Origin: Stegostoma tigrinum
Taxonomy: Eukaryota
NCBI RefSeq assembly: GCF_030684315.1
Contig: NC_081387.1
Span: 6,304,497-6,368,496 of the forward strand
Direction of reading: 5' to 3'
Length of the DNA stretch: 64,000 nucleotides
The notes below the pieces were generated by a model that saw nothing but the letters and a program-made list of their open reading frames with translations, did no database searches and had not been told where the DNA came from. Shown here piece by piece: positions 49,723 to 61,980 of this stretch (its first letter is position 1; each line of letters starts with the position of its first letter). The translations under genes and the position numbers were made by a program.

Positions 49723-51037
49723 TAAACTGATCCAAGCAGTATCATTTCCCTCGGCTCTGTGATAGGGGTCCAGTGAAGTCCATTTGCAGCTTTTCCCATG
49801 GTCTTTTAGGGTGGGACTGGTGTCCTTGCTTAACCCTGATTCCCTTCCCCGGTTCCAATCTTGCACATTCTCTGCAGTGCTGGTAGTGTTTAGCTACATC
49901 TCATCCCATGCCTGGTCACTACCAATATTTTTCCACAAGCTGGAGCATTTGGTATCTGCTCAGATGGGCTGTACCATGATAGACCCAGCAAAGGGTTGGC
50001 CTTAAACAGCAAGGGGCTACAATTCCGCCTCGAAGGGGAAAGGGTTTCCTGTCTATGCCAACTGGGTCTTCCCTGCCTCCAACTTTGATGCACTCTGCCT
50101 TTTCCTCTGCCACTGCAGACTAACTCCAAATCAAAATGAGAATGAGAAAAGAGGAAGTAGAAAGGAGAAATTAGAAAGAGAGGAGTAATGTAATGAAAGG
50201 ACAGACAATTGCAAACAGAAAGATTCAAAACAACAGTAACAAACACCGAAGTTGCTGGAAAAGCTCAGCACGTCTGGCAGCATCTGCAAAGAGAAATCAG
50301 AGTTAATGTTTCAGGTTTGGCAAACCTTCCTCAAAAGTAATTGTGTAAGAGATAAAAGTTAAGAATGACAAGATTAACTTCCTTGTGCATTTGGTTTGAC
50401 AAAGAATATTCACTTCGACCTAAATTCAGTGAGAAAGGAGTTGAAGTTTGTTTTGAGTTGTCCCAAAATGTGGCTGAAAGAAGATCAGACTGTGTTCCTG
50501 TAAAAGTGCGTTCACAAGGAAGTTGTTGGAGGTATACTGTCGTCTTTCAGAAGAGTGATCAGTTGATAATGAGAGGATAAATCCTGTTGGCCTGACTGCC
50601 TGTGAGATGTTACACGGCAGGACTTCAGAAATTTGAATTGAACACAAAAGAGTTTTGTGGAATTTTTCAACAAGAAGGAAATTATATTTGATAAATGGCT
50701 AGATTAATGAAGGTTGAAAAGACGTTGAGAATCTTAGGGAAGTGATTCTGATGGAAGAATTCAAAACTAGTTTCAAAATTTTCCTCCCAGAATAAGATCT
50801 GACCTGGAGGAATATGAATTTCATAAAATAAAGAATGCTGTAGACATGATAATAAGTTGATTTACAGGCAGCTCAGTAACATACCACAGATTGCAAACTC
50901 AGAGAACTCAGAGAAATTAGAGAGACAGAGGGTTTGATTAAGGAAATAAATCTGTTCTTCAGTGAAAAAAAAATGCCAGGATACAAAGACCTCAAAAAGA
51001 AAGTCTGCAGGATCCCACCTCGCTGTCTATCCCCACA

Positions 51038-51550
51038 CTGCTCGGTCCTCCAGCCCACTGGCTCTCCCTACTCCATGTGATCCTCCAGCCCACTGGGTCT
51101 ACCTGCTCTGTGTGATACTCCAGCCCACTGGCTCTCTCTGCTCTGTGTGATCCTCCAGCCCACTGGCTCTCTCTGCTCTGTGTGATCCTCCATCCCACTG
51201 GCTCTCTCTGCTCTGTGTGATCCTCCAGCTCACTGACTCTCTCTGCTCTGTGTGATCCTCCAGCCCACTGGCTCTCCCTGCTCTGTATGATCCTCCAGCC
51301 CAATGGCTCTCTCTGCTCTGTATGATCCTCCATCCCACTGGCTCTTCCTGCTCTGTATGATCCTCCTGTCCACTGGCTCTCTCTGCTCTGTGTGATCCTC
51401 CAGCCCACTGGTTCTACCTGCTCTGTATGATCCTCCAGCCCACTGGCTCTCCCTGCTCCTTGTGATCCTCCAACCCATTGGCTCTCCCTGCTCCGTGTGA
51501 TCCTCCAGCCCACTGGCTCTCCCTGGTCCATTTGATCCTCCAGCCCACTT
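51038..51550 (+). repeat. 35-bp minisatellite (~15 copies) upstream of the pseudogene B alpha2 exon
   Basis: Unit tgctctgtgtgatcctccagcccactggctctctc. Confidence 0.95.
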
Positions 51551-51869
51551 GACGACACTGCCCTGCCTGGGGCATGCTGGCTCTCCCTGCTCAGCTCTGT
51601 GTCTCCAGCTCACTGTGCCTCAGGATTGAACATCAACAAGGGGAAAAGAGACAAGAAACAAACAGAACAAGTTCCTGTTGATGGGTCCTACTCCGCCACC
51701 ATCTTGACCAGAAAATGCTTCCTCAACATTTCAAATTGAGGCTATGACCCTTTCCACTCTGTTCAGACCGTGACTCTAATCTGACATTTCTATCTGATTC
51801 CAGATCCCTTTCTCTGCAAATTTGATCATGATTTTTCCTAACCAATTATTTCTGTTTGATCACGCACAG

Positions 51870-52597
51870 GCATTCACACATTCCAATGGATACAGACTGT
51901 TGAGTTTCTTGAAGAAGATTCTAATCAGAAAAGTTCTGTTAAGAGATCAATGCAAGTTGGATTTGATGGAAAGGACTTCTTTAGTTTAGAACTAGGCAAA
52001 ATGAGAAGGGTCGCAGCAAATCATCACGCAGTGGAGGTAAGAGTGAAATGGAATTCTGATCAAGCTTGGAACAACTTTTGGAAAACCACCTTGAAGAAGC
52101 ATTTGTTCAATACTTAAACAGTAATCTGGAACCAAGAAAGGAATATTTATTTCAGTTTTGATCCCAAATTCTGGTCAAACTTCACTGATTTTGTGAAATT
52201 GCTCTCCAATTCAGTGTCTGGCTATTGTTTGAGTTTTCACCCTTTCCCATCACAGTTCAGCCTGAAGTGTTCATCTCCAGGAGTGAGACAGTAAGTGACT
52301 GAGGGGACAGATTGTTGGGAATGATACAGAAGGAAATGGAATGTGTAAGAGTTACATTCTCGTTGGAGTAATTTCACAATGTTTATGTGGGACATTCACC
52401 CTGCATACCCTCTGCCTCCATTCCCTCTATATGGTGCTATGCGAGTCTCTTTAATTAAGGCTGAGTGTTGATTGAACGCTGGGCCCTGAGAGTGATAGAA
52501 AACATCTCACACGCTCTGTTTTTACATTTTATCACATTTCTGACAATCTGCTTTTACATTCTCAGCTTCTGAAGTCTCTGTTCCAGCTCCTTCATGA
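51870..52597 (+). pseudogene. Copy B: MHC class I pseudogene (frameshifted alpha2, alpha3 stub fused to the cytoplasmic-exon donor, last exon)
   Basis: cacag|GIHTFQWIQTVEF...GFDGKDFFSL...KWNSDQAWN, then a 1-nt frameshift at ~52085 and a deleted alpha2 donor. alpha3 (52256-) VQPEVFISRSE joins directly to aca|gtaagt. Last exon SEVSVPAPS* at 52566-52597. No alpha1 exon was found upstream. Confidence 0.92.
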
Positions 52598-52674
52598 TTC
52601 AATCAGTGATATTTTTGCTTTTCTGCATGGATCCTATTGTGATTGTCAATGTTTTCCCCATTGCTATGATTAGA

Positions 52675-53465
52675 CCCATATGCACAAAGGAAATAGGGGC
52701 AGGAGTTGGCCATTCAGCTCTTTGAACCTGCTGTGACTTACAATAAGATCATGGCTGATCTGATGACTGCGCATTCCCATCTGTCGCCGATAACATTGCC
52801 ATCCTTTTGTTTGTCAAAAATCTATCCACCTCTGCTGTAAAAATACTCAAATATTCTGCTTCAGCTGCATTTTATGGAGAGGATGATTCCTCTTATGGGA
52901 GTATCTGGAACTGGGCTCAATGCTTAGAAGTAAGGGGTCATTCATTTATGTCAGAGGCGAGGAAACACATTTTCTCACAAACGAGTGACCATCATCCTCA
53001 AATCTACATCTGTCAAGACCCCTCAGGATCTTACGCATTTCCATCAAGTCTTCTCTTACTCCGGCAGCTACAATCAAGCCTTTGCTCATAGGGTGCTGCA
53101 TCTCACTCCAAGTAATAATCATGTTCTGTACTGCTTCCAATTCACTTGCCTCCTTCCTCCAACAAGGAGAGCAAACATGTAGGCAATCCTCCACCGGCCA
53201 TCAGTACCCTGTATGGCTGAAGCAGACCCTCTCTATCTTCCTACTCAGTTCCCTTTATAATGAACAATGACATTCTATCAGCTTTCCTTATCACCTGCTG
53301 TATCTGACAACTTGATGATCCATGCACTGGGACACCTCAAACCTCTGTGTCTCAGAGTTTTGCAACCTCTCACCATTTAGGCAGCTTGCTTTTTATCCTT
53401 CCTGACGAAATGGGTAGTTTCACATTCTGCATCATTTACCAAATATTAGCCCATTCATTTCAACA
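52675..53465 (-). mobile_element. Rearranged degenerate CR1 3' fragments
   Basis: RT C-terminal motifs on the minus strand (CSPCWRKE..LEAVQ, REDLME..KILRGLDR), with a short plus-strand piece at ~52885-52985. Confidence 0.7.
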
Positions 53466-53779
53466 ATCTGTAACAAAAGTGGTTTGACTGTCAGTTGAAT
53501 TTCACACCCCTCTGAGCCTGACTTGCATAGGATGAAGCTTAGTTATTCTCCAGATTACACCCAAAAGACAGAAAGCAGGTCACAACAATGCTCCTGAAAT
53601 ATGACGTTAATTATTGCCATCTTAAACAAATTAATGTTCACCACTTTAGCTGTATTGTTACTGACAATCATTGTTACACAGACACTGAGCAGTGTATGAA
53701 CTCTCAGTATCACACTGACCAGCCCAAGAGGAACAGGATATGTCTGAAATGTTTAACCATTTCTTTCCCCTTTTCAGGC

Positions 53780-54022
53780 CTCAGTTGAAATGAGTGCTTT
53801 GTATGTGTCCATTCCTTACCTGGGTGTCCTGGGGTCTACTGCAGGACATTTCCAGAGCCTTATTGAGGAATAGTGAGATTCTCTCATTCCAGTGCGAATA
53901 TGAACATCGTCGCCCATCCTTCCATACCACAGCAGATGCATAGAATTACATCGTGTTATTCACCCATAATTCATTCATGATTGGATTTGATATTCCTGGA
54001 CTGTTCCCCTCACACTTTCTCA
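53780..54022 (+). other. 3' region (3'UTR homolog) of pseudogene B
   Basis: Aligns with gene A ~44230-44880 and the reverse complement of ~61470-61850 (e.g. gaggaata..g.gattctc, catccttc.ata.cacagcaga, ccctcacactttctca). Confidence 0.7.
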
Positions 54023-54751
54023 ACAACCTTTCCCCAGTGACAGATGTCCATCTCGATCTGTGTTAGAGACATTTTTGAACGGACTTTATTATCTTACTGT
54101 TGATCCTGAAATGTTCTTGAAAAGATCATTTTCACGAATGCATCCTCAGACACTGGAACCAGGTGAGTTAAGCATCAATACCTTGCTGTCAGGACTTTGT
54201 TTAATTACCTGACCTTCATTGGCAATGGCAGGAAGTTCAGGGCGAAGTGATTCCGCTTCAGAATATGCTCCAAATATGTGCTTCCAATTTCTGTCACACA
54301 CTATTTGGTTCTGAACAGGCTCTAAATTAGCTTTCACTGATCTGCTGCTCTAACAGTGAGATGTGTGACTCAAGAATTTGGGCTCATTTCCCTGTGCTGA
54401 TGTTCGTGTTCCCCTGAGAAACATTCAGGCTGCTGCATTTGGGAGCAGAACCCAGCCACTTCTTTCCAGGAAGATTTAAACACCACCAGTAAGGTACTTC
54501 CAGAGCTAAGAGTTTGACTGTTTAACCGTTGACTACTGTGAGATCGCGTTCAAAGCCTTTAGGGTCTCAAAAGAATTGGAAGCTTCAGTGAATGTTTTCT
54601 AGTTACTACTGTGTCTGAATGTTCTCTCAATGTTTTTTTAATCCTAGATTGGAGGAAGACATGTATGATTTTGTGTCTGAATTTGCCTTTTTGCCAAGGG
54701 GTGTGGTAATGGGGTGTTGTTACATTGGAACAAATAATTAATAATAGGTAC

Positions 54752-56362
54752 TAGAACATAGAACATAGAAAAGTACAGCACAGTACAGGCCCTTCGGCCC
54801 ACGATGTTGTGCCATAGAATAATCCTAATCCAAAATTAAAATAACCTAACCTACATTCCCCTCAATTCACTGCTGTCCATGTGCATGTCCAGCAGTCGCT
54901 TAAATGTCACTAATGACTCTGCTTCCACGACAAACTATTCCATGAGCTCACAACTCTCTGGGTGAAGAACCTCCCTCTGACGTCTCCTCTATACCTTCCT
55001 CCTAACACCTTAAAACTATGACCCCTCATGGCAGTCAATCCTGCCCTGGGGAAAAGTCTCTGGCTATAGACACTATTCATGCCTCTCATTACCTTGTACA
55101 CCTCGATCAGGTCACCTCTCTTCCTCCTTCTCTCCAGAGAGAAAAGTCCGAGCTCAGTCAACCTCTCCTTGTAAGACAAGCCCTCCAGTCCAGGCAGCAT
55201 CCTGGTAAACCTCCTTTGCACCCTCTCCAAAGCCTCCACATCTTTCCTATAATAGGGCGACCAGAACTGGACACAATATTCCAAGTGTGGTCTCACCAGG
55301 GTTTTGTAGAGCTGCAGCATAACCTCGCGGCTCTTAAACTCGATCCCCCTGTTAATGAAAGCCAAAACACCATATGCTTTCTTAACAACCTTATCCACCT
55401 GGGTGGTAACTTTGAGGGAGCTATGCACTTGATCGCCAAGATCCCGCTGTTCCTCCACACTGCCGAGAATCCTGCCTTTAATCCTATATTCAGCATTTAA
55501 GTTCGACCTTGCAAAATGCATCACTTCGCATTTATCCAGGTTGAACTCCATCTGCCATTTCTCAGCCCAGCTCTGCATTCTGTCAATGGCTCGCTGAAGC
55601 CTGCAATAGCCCCCGATACTATCAACGGCACCTCCAACCTTTGTGTCATCAGCAAACATACTAACCCACCCCTCAACCTCCTCATCCAAGTCATTTATAA
55701 AAACTACAAAGAGCAGAGGCCCAAGAACAGAGCCCTGCGGGACACCACTCAGCACTGACCTCCAGGCAGAATACTTACTATCTACAGCCACTCTCTGCCT
55801 CCTGTCAGCCAACCAGTTCTGAATCCAGACAGCCAAATCACCCTGTATCCCATACCTCCTGACTTTATGAATGAGCCTGCCGTGGAGAACCTTATCAAAT
55901 GCCTTGGTGAAGTCCATGTACACCACATCCACTGCTCGACCCTCGTCAACCTGTCTCGTGACTTCCTCAAAGAACTTAATAAGATTTGTAAAGCATGACC
56001 TGCCCCTCACAAAGTCACACTCACTCCGTTTAATCGCGCTATGCTTTTCCAAATAGTCATAAATCCTATCCCTCAGAATTCTTTCCAAAACCTTGCTGAC
56101 CACAGACGTAAGACTGACTGGTCTATAATTTCCAGGGATTTCCCTATTCCCTTTCTTGAAAAGAGGAACAACATTTGCCTCCCTCCAATCTTCCAGTACG
56201 ACTCCTGTGGAGAGTGAGGAAGCAAAGATCTTCGCCAGCGGCTTAGCAACCTCCTTTCTCACTTCCGGGAGCAACCTAGGATAAGTCTGTTCTGGCCCTG
56301 GGGACTTATCAATCTTAATGTTTGCCAAAATTTCCAGCACATCAAGTTCCTCATTCTTGATC
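54752..56362 (-). mobile_element. Young 5'-truncated CR1 LINE (RT ORF 54910-56340), near-identical to the 17.8-kb copy
   Basis: 476-aa ORF with KSPGP, NYRPVSL, PQGSVLGP and FADDTK; tail tagaacatagaacatagaa; a 10-nt deletion frameshifts the C-terminus. Confidence 0.97.
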
Positions 56363-56439
56363 TATTAATTATTCTGTTAAGTTTCCCAACAGTTAAGATA
56401 TTCTCAATTCCTCTTGCCTTTGCTTGAATTCTAACTATA

Positions 56440-58140
56440 GTGTTTAAATTGTGCGGGTCTGGTGCACATTGTACAGTGTTCCCCCGCAGGAAGCACAGAC
56501 CCTTCAGCCCACAGACCAGATGGTGCCAGAACTTGATTAAATGAGGGCCCCAACATGGATGTGACTGGAGCCCGGCCTCATAGAGCACCTGAGGAAATCC
56601 CGACTCCAGCTGCCATGGCGGCTCGAGAGCAGCTGGGGGTGATGGATTTGGACATTGAGAGGGAGAAAGTCCCACTCGCTTCCCCAGGAAGTCAGAGAGA
56701 AGAGCCGTGGAAATGGAAAGGAAACAATGGACATTTTTTAGTTCAGGAGCAAAAGGACTTTGCAGAACATTTGTGGTAGATATTGCTGAACAGTGTCAAC
56801 TTCATCTGCTCAGGTCAAAGCCTTTCAGGTCATTTGTATTTATGAGCAATTTTTCCATTTTGTAAATGTTTTGCTTCATGTCAAGTAGTTTAACTAATCA
56901 GGTTGCATCTGGAACATGACACTTCACATTTTCCCTTTAAAATAAGAAAATGTAAGTGTAGGCAACCTTCTTAGAATATATTGAGGGGTTTTTGTCTGGT
57001 CCATAATGCAGGGTTCTTGATTAATCACTTGATCTTTATTGGCAGTGTCTGTAAACTGAGGGAAAATAATTCCATTTCATAATGTGGTCCGAAATATAAT
57101 TCCCACTTCTGTTACACCCCATTTGGATATAAACAGGCTCTAAGTTAGCTTTCTCTGATCCACTGCTCTGACAATGGGTTGTTGTGTCACTCAAGCATTT
57201 TGGGCTCATTTCCCTGAGGCCATGTTGGTTTTTCACTGAGAAACCTTTGGGCTGCTTTATCCAGGATCAGAACACAGTCCCATCTTTCCAGGAAGATTCA
57301 AACACCAGCAGTAAAGAACATCAAAAACAGAGAGTTTGTCCATTTAAATGGACTGTACCTGATTTTGCAATTGGTTGAAAAGTTTTGGTCTGATTATAGG
57401 ATTCTGAAATTGATTTTATTTAATTAATGTTCTTAACAAAAATGAATGAGCATTTACAATATTCAGAAATAAACATGACTTTTTATCGAGTTCATTCTGT
57501 TGGAATGTGAATGGAATTTAGTCAAGTTTGATTTGTTTGAGATCTTTTTCACCTTAAGTTGTCTGACATGTAATATTTTAAGGTAAAATACTCTTCCACA
57601 TGTCACATGGAGAGGACCATCAGGGTGCTGACATGTCACACAGTGAGGGGTGTGATCAAATTGTTAAAATCCCATTTCCAGAGTGTGGACTGGTCAGGGG
57701 CCACTTTACATTTCTCTGCTGTTAATGTCTCAAGGATTGTGGGGGTCTGGTGCACATTGTACAATGTTCCCCTGCAGGAAGCACAGACCCTTCAGCCCAC
57801 AGACCAGATGGTGCCTGAAATTGATGAAATGAGGGTCCCAATATAGATGTGACTGGAGCCCGGCCTCATAGAGCACCTGAGGAAACCCTGACTCCAGCTG
57901 CCAGGACGGCTCGAGAGCAGCTGGGGGCGATGGATTTGGACATTGAGAGGAAGAAAATCCCTCTCCTTTCCCCAGGAAGTCAGAGAGAAGAGCCATGGAA
58001 ATGGAAAGGAAGCAATGGACATTTTTTAGTTCAGGAGCAAAAGGACTTTGCAGAACATTTGTGGTAGATATTGCTGAACAGTGTCAACTTCATCTGCTCA
58101 GGTCATTTGTATTTATGAGCAGCTTTTCCACCTTGTAAAT
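56440..58140 (+). repeat. Direct duplication: 56440-56870 vs 57730-58140 (also 54215-54520 vs 57035-57345)
   Basis: Near-identical blocks ggtgcacattgtaca...gaagcacagacccttcagcccacagaccagatggtgcc...ttcatctgctcaggtca at an offset of ~1.29 kb. Confidence 0.92.
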
Positions 58141-58479
58141 TGTTGTAATATTTGAACATTACATGTCAATAAAACTTATTTTGTACTAATCGAAATTATT
58201 CCAGGCCACTGTGTAAATAAAACAATTGATTCGAATTGAACAGAAATAGAAATTTTTAATTTAGAAGTAGAAATCCCATTAAATAAGACATTTCCTCAAA
58301 ATGAAACATGTAAAACCCACCCTTTCATCATTGTCTGAGGGTCACTGTCACAGGACAGGAGGTAGGCAGTTAATGATGCCCCCCCCATGCCAAAGCTGCC
58401 AACCTCATGCCTCATGACCTTGCCAATGCCTGTGTCTTGCCCCCTCTTGTATAAGAGGCATGCCCAGCAGCTGAGAATT

Positions 58480-59118
58480 CATCACTGGGGAGCTACAGAC
58501 CAGAAGCTACATTCATGAGAGGTCCAGCTGCTGTCTCGTGGGCCTGCCCTGTGTCTCCACTTGGCACAGCTAGGAGGGCTTCTATTGGGCTTCTTTGTAT
58601 TACAGCTGGACCAACTGACTCAAACTCCTGTGTCTGTATTTGCATCTTGTTATGGGGCCTTGCGGGGTCCTCCACGTGGTCATCAGGATTGAGATGGGTT
58701 TGCTTTGTACCCGGAAATGCATCGGGAATGCATTTCCTCCAAAGGTCCAGTTGCCGAGAAGCCCCTGTTTCAATCTCCCTCATCTCCCGTGGGCTCACGT
58801 GCAGAGAGTCGAGGTGCTTGTCATGTTTAGCCACCAGGCCATTCCTCAGGTCAGGAATGAACACCTCTTCCAGCAGACTCTCAACATGGGCCTGATGTGG
58901 TCCCTGTGTCACTGAAGACCACGGAGAAAGTCCTTGCACTGCAGGAAGTCCCTCAGCTGCTGACAAATGAGACCAGTTTATCACACACTCTCCCAGTAAC
59001 CCCATACCATCATCTTCATGGCTGCCCTAATGCCTCCCTCAGACCAAGAGGGGAGCGGAGGCGGAGAGCTGGTGATCTGATTATCATCCCAGACATGAGA
59101 CACACCCCATTTAACACC
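58480..59118 (+). mobile_element. Possible highly decayed PIF/Harbinger transposase remnant
   Basis: Only weak resemblance to FASGSF-, FPQV- and LGD..YP-like segments; no intact ORF. Confidence 0.25.
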
Positions 59119-59539
59119 TTGATGGGAAACTTCAAACCAGTGTCTACAGGAAAACAACACATACGGACCAAATACTGAACTACAGGAGCAACCATCCCAA
59201 CACCCACAAACGAAGCTGCATTAGAACATTATTCCAATGAGCCACCACACACTGCAGCACAGAGGAACTACACAGAGCAGAGGAAAATCACCTATACAGC
59301 GTATTCAAAAAGAATGGGTACCCTATGAACACAGTCCACCGATTTCTCAGCAACAAACTCAAACAAACAGACAAAACTGGCCCAGAAACCATAACGACTC
59401 TCCCCTACATCGAAGGCATTTCCGAAATGACTGCCAGACTACTTGGACCTCTTGGCATCAGAGTAGCCCACAAACCCACCAACACACTAAAACAGCAGCT
59501 AATGAACTGAAAAGGCCCTATACAGACAACAAGCAAAAC

Positions 59540-59846
59540 CCATTTCCTACCTACTAACCTCATCCCACCTCCTTGACCTGCCCGTCTTCCCTGGACTGAC
59601 CTATCCCTTCCCTACCTCCCCACCTATACTCTCTCCAACTATCTTCTTCTCTCTTCAACTTTTTCCGCCTCCCCTTCTCTCCCTATTTATTCCAGTTCCC
59701 TCACCCCATCCCTCTCTCTGATGAAGGGCCTAGGCCCAAAACGTCAGCTTTTGTGCTCCTGAGATGCTGCTGGGCCTGCTGTGTTCATCCAGCTCCACAT
59801 TTTATTATCTTGGATTCTCCAGCATCTGCAGTTCCCATTATCACTG
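59540..59846 (+). mobile_element. Nested Neptune-type PLE 3' pLTR insertion
   Basis: Matches 27797-28066. Flanked by aagcaaaac / aatcaaaac duplication. Hammerhead core at 59718-59745 has GAAA mutated to AAAA. Confidence 0.85.
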
Positions 59847-60259
59847 AATCAAAACGAAGGTCATCTGCAAAATACCCTGCAAGAACTGTGACAAACACTA
59901 CATTGGACAAACAGGCAGAAAGCTAGCCACCAGGATACATGAACATCAACTAGCCACAAAACAACATGACCCACTATCACTCGTATCCTTACATACAGAT
60001 GAGGAAGGACACCACTTTGATTGGGACAACACATCCATCCTAGGACAAGCCAAACAGAGACACGCACGAGAATTCCTAGAGGCATGGCATTCCAACCGGA
60101 ACTCCATCAACAAACACATTGATTTGGAGCCAATCTACCATTCTCTGAGAAAAAGAACAGGAAATGACATCACCAATGCAGGAAATGGCATCACCAACCC
60201 AAGGAAACCTAAACAGATAAATAGAAAGCGGGACATAACACCAGCACTTGATCGGAGGC

Positions 60260-60299
60260 TCACTGAGGATGTTACCTAGAATGGTGACGAAACGTCTGA
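60260..60299 (+). ncRNA. Intact minimal type I hammerhead ribozyme in the Penelope pLTR
   Basis: tca-CTGAGGA-T-GTTACC-tagaat-GGTGAC-GAAA-CGTC-tga: full core, 6-bp stem II, palindromic ACGT stem III and 3-bp stem I. Confidence 0.8.
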
Positions 60300-61857
60300 A
60301 AACTAACCTTCCAGCTCAGCGAGCAAACTCACATCCAGAACCTTGAAGGTGTAACATGGGGACAGGAGTAACAGTGCCATGTCATCTGCCCTCCCACCCC
60401 AGGTGCTCACCATCCTGTTCGTCTGGATGTCACTCCCCTTCCCCCTTCAGCTCAGTTACCGCCTCACTTCCCTCTGTGATCCAGGGCTCAGTGCCTGCTC
60501 CATATCCCTGTTCAATCTCTCGGTGGCTGACAGTAACCTCCACACCCTGCACCCCACCACCACCTCCAGCCAGTGTATCTAAAGACAACAACACCTGTCA
60601 GAGGAAAACATTGACAATGAAGGTGCCTCTTCATCTGTCACATCCCAGAGGCCCGTGGCTCAACCCTGGTTGAAACATTCAGCTGGTGATCCTGGCCTTT
60701 CCTCACTCCAATCCCGGCTTGATCACCAGTCAGTGATGTATTCCTGATTCCCAGCAACTCCCTGGCCCTCTGTTCACACTCATTCAGATCCTTCAGAAAG
60801 GACACTCCACCCCCAGGGAATGAACACTCCCAGACATTATCAATCATTGAACTCTGAACGACATTAAATGAACATCACTTTGTGCTTCCTGGTTGGTTTG
60901 GGGAAAGATGTTGCACAGTTGAATGGTCTTAACTGCCCAAGTTCACATTAAATTGAAGTTCAATAACTGCTGATTCTGAGAGCCACAAACTGCCAAGTGA
61001 ATGAATTAACAGTTCTTGTGAAATCATAAATGAAGAATTCAAATAAAGCAATGACCATCAATAATTTGTTGATGGGCAATCACAATTGAAGTCTGCAGTT
61101 AAACATTGATGATAAATAGGAGCAAAATTTAGCTACCATAAATGCATTACTATGAAGAACTAAAATAAAGACACTTTATATCAGAGTTCAATTTGGGTCA
61201 CATTGGTTACTTAACAGGCAAAACACATCAGCTCAGCTTAATATATCTTTGAATACAAATAGAGAGTAACAGATAAATAGTGAAAGTTTTTGTCAACATA
61301 AAAAAAGGCAATTTAAAAACTTTCTATAAATATTTACATAAGAGTTCAAATTCAGTGACAAAATGCAAAATCTATCCATTGCCTCCAATATAAAAACTGT
61401 CTCTAAGTTACCTGAAGACATTGCTCCATTTCAGGACAATCTTTGAGCCACTGAAGACAGCGGAGATGAGAAAGTGAGGGAGAAACCATCCATGAAGATC
61501 CCTCTGATGGTGACACTGCTCACATTTCTGAGACGGATGGAAGCAGGACTTGAGAAGATCTCGTTTGGAGAATCAGGATCTGAGCACACAGATCCAGGAT
61601 CCACCGTTCAATCTGTGGAAACACATTCCCAGGAAAAAGGGTATTCAATACCAGTCCTGAAAGAAATGGGTGTGAAGAAAGAGCTGTAACTCTGTGTCTC
61701 TGCTGTGCTATCGAAGGATGCACAATGATGTCCATTGTAACATTGGATTTTGAGAATCCCGTTATTCCTCGATGAGGATCCGTGAATCTCCTGCAATGGA
61801 GCTGAGGAAACCCATGAGGTAGAGAATAGACTGACACAAGGCAATCACTTCAGGGTG

Positions 61858-61925
61858 GGGATGGAGTGAAATCAGTCCGACAGGTTTTAAAAATGTCTGC
61901 GAGGGTGAGGCAGGGTCAGGAGGGA
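61858..61925 (-). repeat. Solitary satellite monomer just after the copy C stop codon
   Basis: Reverse complement tccctcctgaccctgcctcaccctcgcagacatttttaaaacctgtcggactgatttcactccatccc. Confidence 0.85.
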
Positions 61926-61980
61926 TGTAAAAATGTTACAAATAAGTCTACGGAGAGAAGTTGACATGCCACTTACTGAA

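Larger units (their letters stand above)
59120..60342 (+). mobile_element. Penelope/Poseidon-type PLE (RT thumb, GIY-YIG, pLTR), interrupted by a nested Neptune 3' fragment
   Basis: [32 protein letters not shown] and KIPC..C..HYIGQTGRKLATRIHEH; no Cys-rich linker. Confidence 0.9.

Noticed and set aside
50992-51613. 188-aa and overlapping repetitive ORFs
   Set aside because: Translations of the 35-bp minisatellite.
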